Positions 63,098-64,000 of a stretch of DNA of 64,000 nucleotides are shown here, piece after piece (position 1 is the stretch's first letter; every line of letters starts with the position of its first letter). A program made the translations under genes and the position numbers. The notes under the pieces are model-generated. The model ran no database searches. It was given only the letters and a program-made list of their open reading frames with translations, and was not told the origin of the DNA. This DNA is from Oikopleura dioica (taxonomy: Eukaryota; Animalia; Chordata), in the NCBI GenBank assembly GCA_907165135.1, contig OU015569.1, forward strand, positions 62,001 to 126,000, read 5' to 3'.

Positions 63098-63907
63098 TAA
63101 AATCGGAAAATTTTATCTAACTAAAAACGAAACCGCGAAAATGAGCGGCTTCAGAATATTAAGGGGTCGAACCTGACTCAGGAACTGATTTCCAACAGGT
63201 TGCCGAGCCCAGGCAGCTTTTTAAAATGAAAATAGTAATAATAATTATGGGAGCGTCCCAGCTTGTAAAGCTAAATATTAACTTGCTGGAAGAATCAATT
63301 CAGAAAATGGACAAAAGAGTCGACCTTCAGAGAGCTCCCATTCATTTGACATCGCCTCTAGGTAAGGCGGCGTGGCCTTAGCCGCCGCTTCGCAACTTCC
63401 ATCCCCGTTTTTTACAAAAAAAGAGAAGTTAAAAAAAGAAAGAAACCCACAAATTAAAAAGAAATTTAATTGAAAGAAATGAACATTTGAGTGCCATTTA
63501 AAATTTCATGATCAAAGTTCTTTTTTTAAATAATTATTTTTAATACATTCTTTATCAAAATTTATTAAAAAAAAACCAAAACATGCTTTTCAAGTTTAAA
63601 TAAATGGACTCAAAATTGCAATCGAAAAAAATATTTTTAACAAATTATTTATTTTCTAAGCAGATTTCCTTCAGACAAAGAAAAAAGGACCTGAGTGATA
63701 TTTGAGAGGTTGAGCGGCAAAAGCGCTCTTTCCCAGTATTAGCCAAACAAACAAATCGTAAAAAAACGCGCCGCTCGATTTTCTCCCTTTTGCCCGTTAA
63801 AAATGGTAACTCGAAAAAAGGAAGAGAAAAAACGTAAAACGAAGTGTCAAATTTATTAATTACAGTAACAGCCAGTATATATTTTTGATCACGTGCAAGG
63901 TGATCAA

Positions 63908-64000
63908 CTGGGCTCGGCAACCTGTGTAGAAAACCTGAGTCAGGTTCTGAAGAGCTAAAATGAAAAGCCCCGGTTTTTCCTTGAAGATCTTTCAGACCCT
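63908..64000. mobile_element. Family A MITE copy truncated by the window end
   Basis: ctgggctcggcaacctgtgtagaaaacctgagtcagg ... ttcagaccct. Confidence 0.85.

Noticed and set aside
63645-63920. 91-aa minus-strand ORF
   Set aside because: It starts inside a family A MITE and runs through AT-rich sequence with no motif. It cannot be supported, although an exon of a gene beyond the window is not excluded.

Overview
This is gene-dense animal nuclear DNA with many 35-80 nt introns, several GA/GC/GG splice donors, short co-oriented intergenic spacers and TTTCAG-type acceptors just before start codons. These traits match the appendicularian tunicate Oikopleura (dioica-like); the species is an inference. 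The window has about 20 intron-containing genes: AIMP1 (partial), MED16, an orphan membrane protein, DDX39/UAP56, NDUFA13, SmE, METTL13, a HORMA-domain protein, a Vasa/DDX3-like helicase, a C2H2 zinc-finger protein, ZDHHC9-like, HSP60, ATAD1-like, CCDC130, myosin IX, two sulfotransferases, a tetraspanin, villin and a fibrinogen-domain protein. It starts inside an apparently intact Ty3/gypsy LTR retrotransposon inserted 4 nt into an AIMP1 intron, and carries at least six families of short inverted-repeat elements. Two observations stand out. (1) A GC-rich, foldable region of about 230 nt in a 403-nt METTL13 intron carries a sense-strand telomere-template-like 11-mer (AACCCTAACCC) and H/ACA-like boxes, making it a candidate intron-encoded telomerase RNA. 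(2) A hAT-like MITE copy sits in a coding exon, and its 8-bp target-site duplication supplies a GA donor and an AG acceptor that restore the frame exactly, consistent with a transposon-made intron. All translations and folds were done by eye; exon coordinates and some start codons are approximate.
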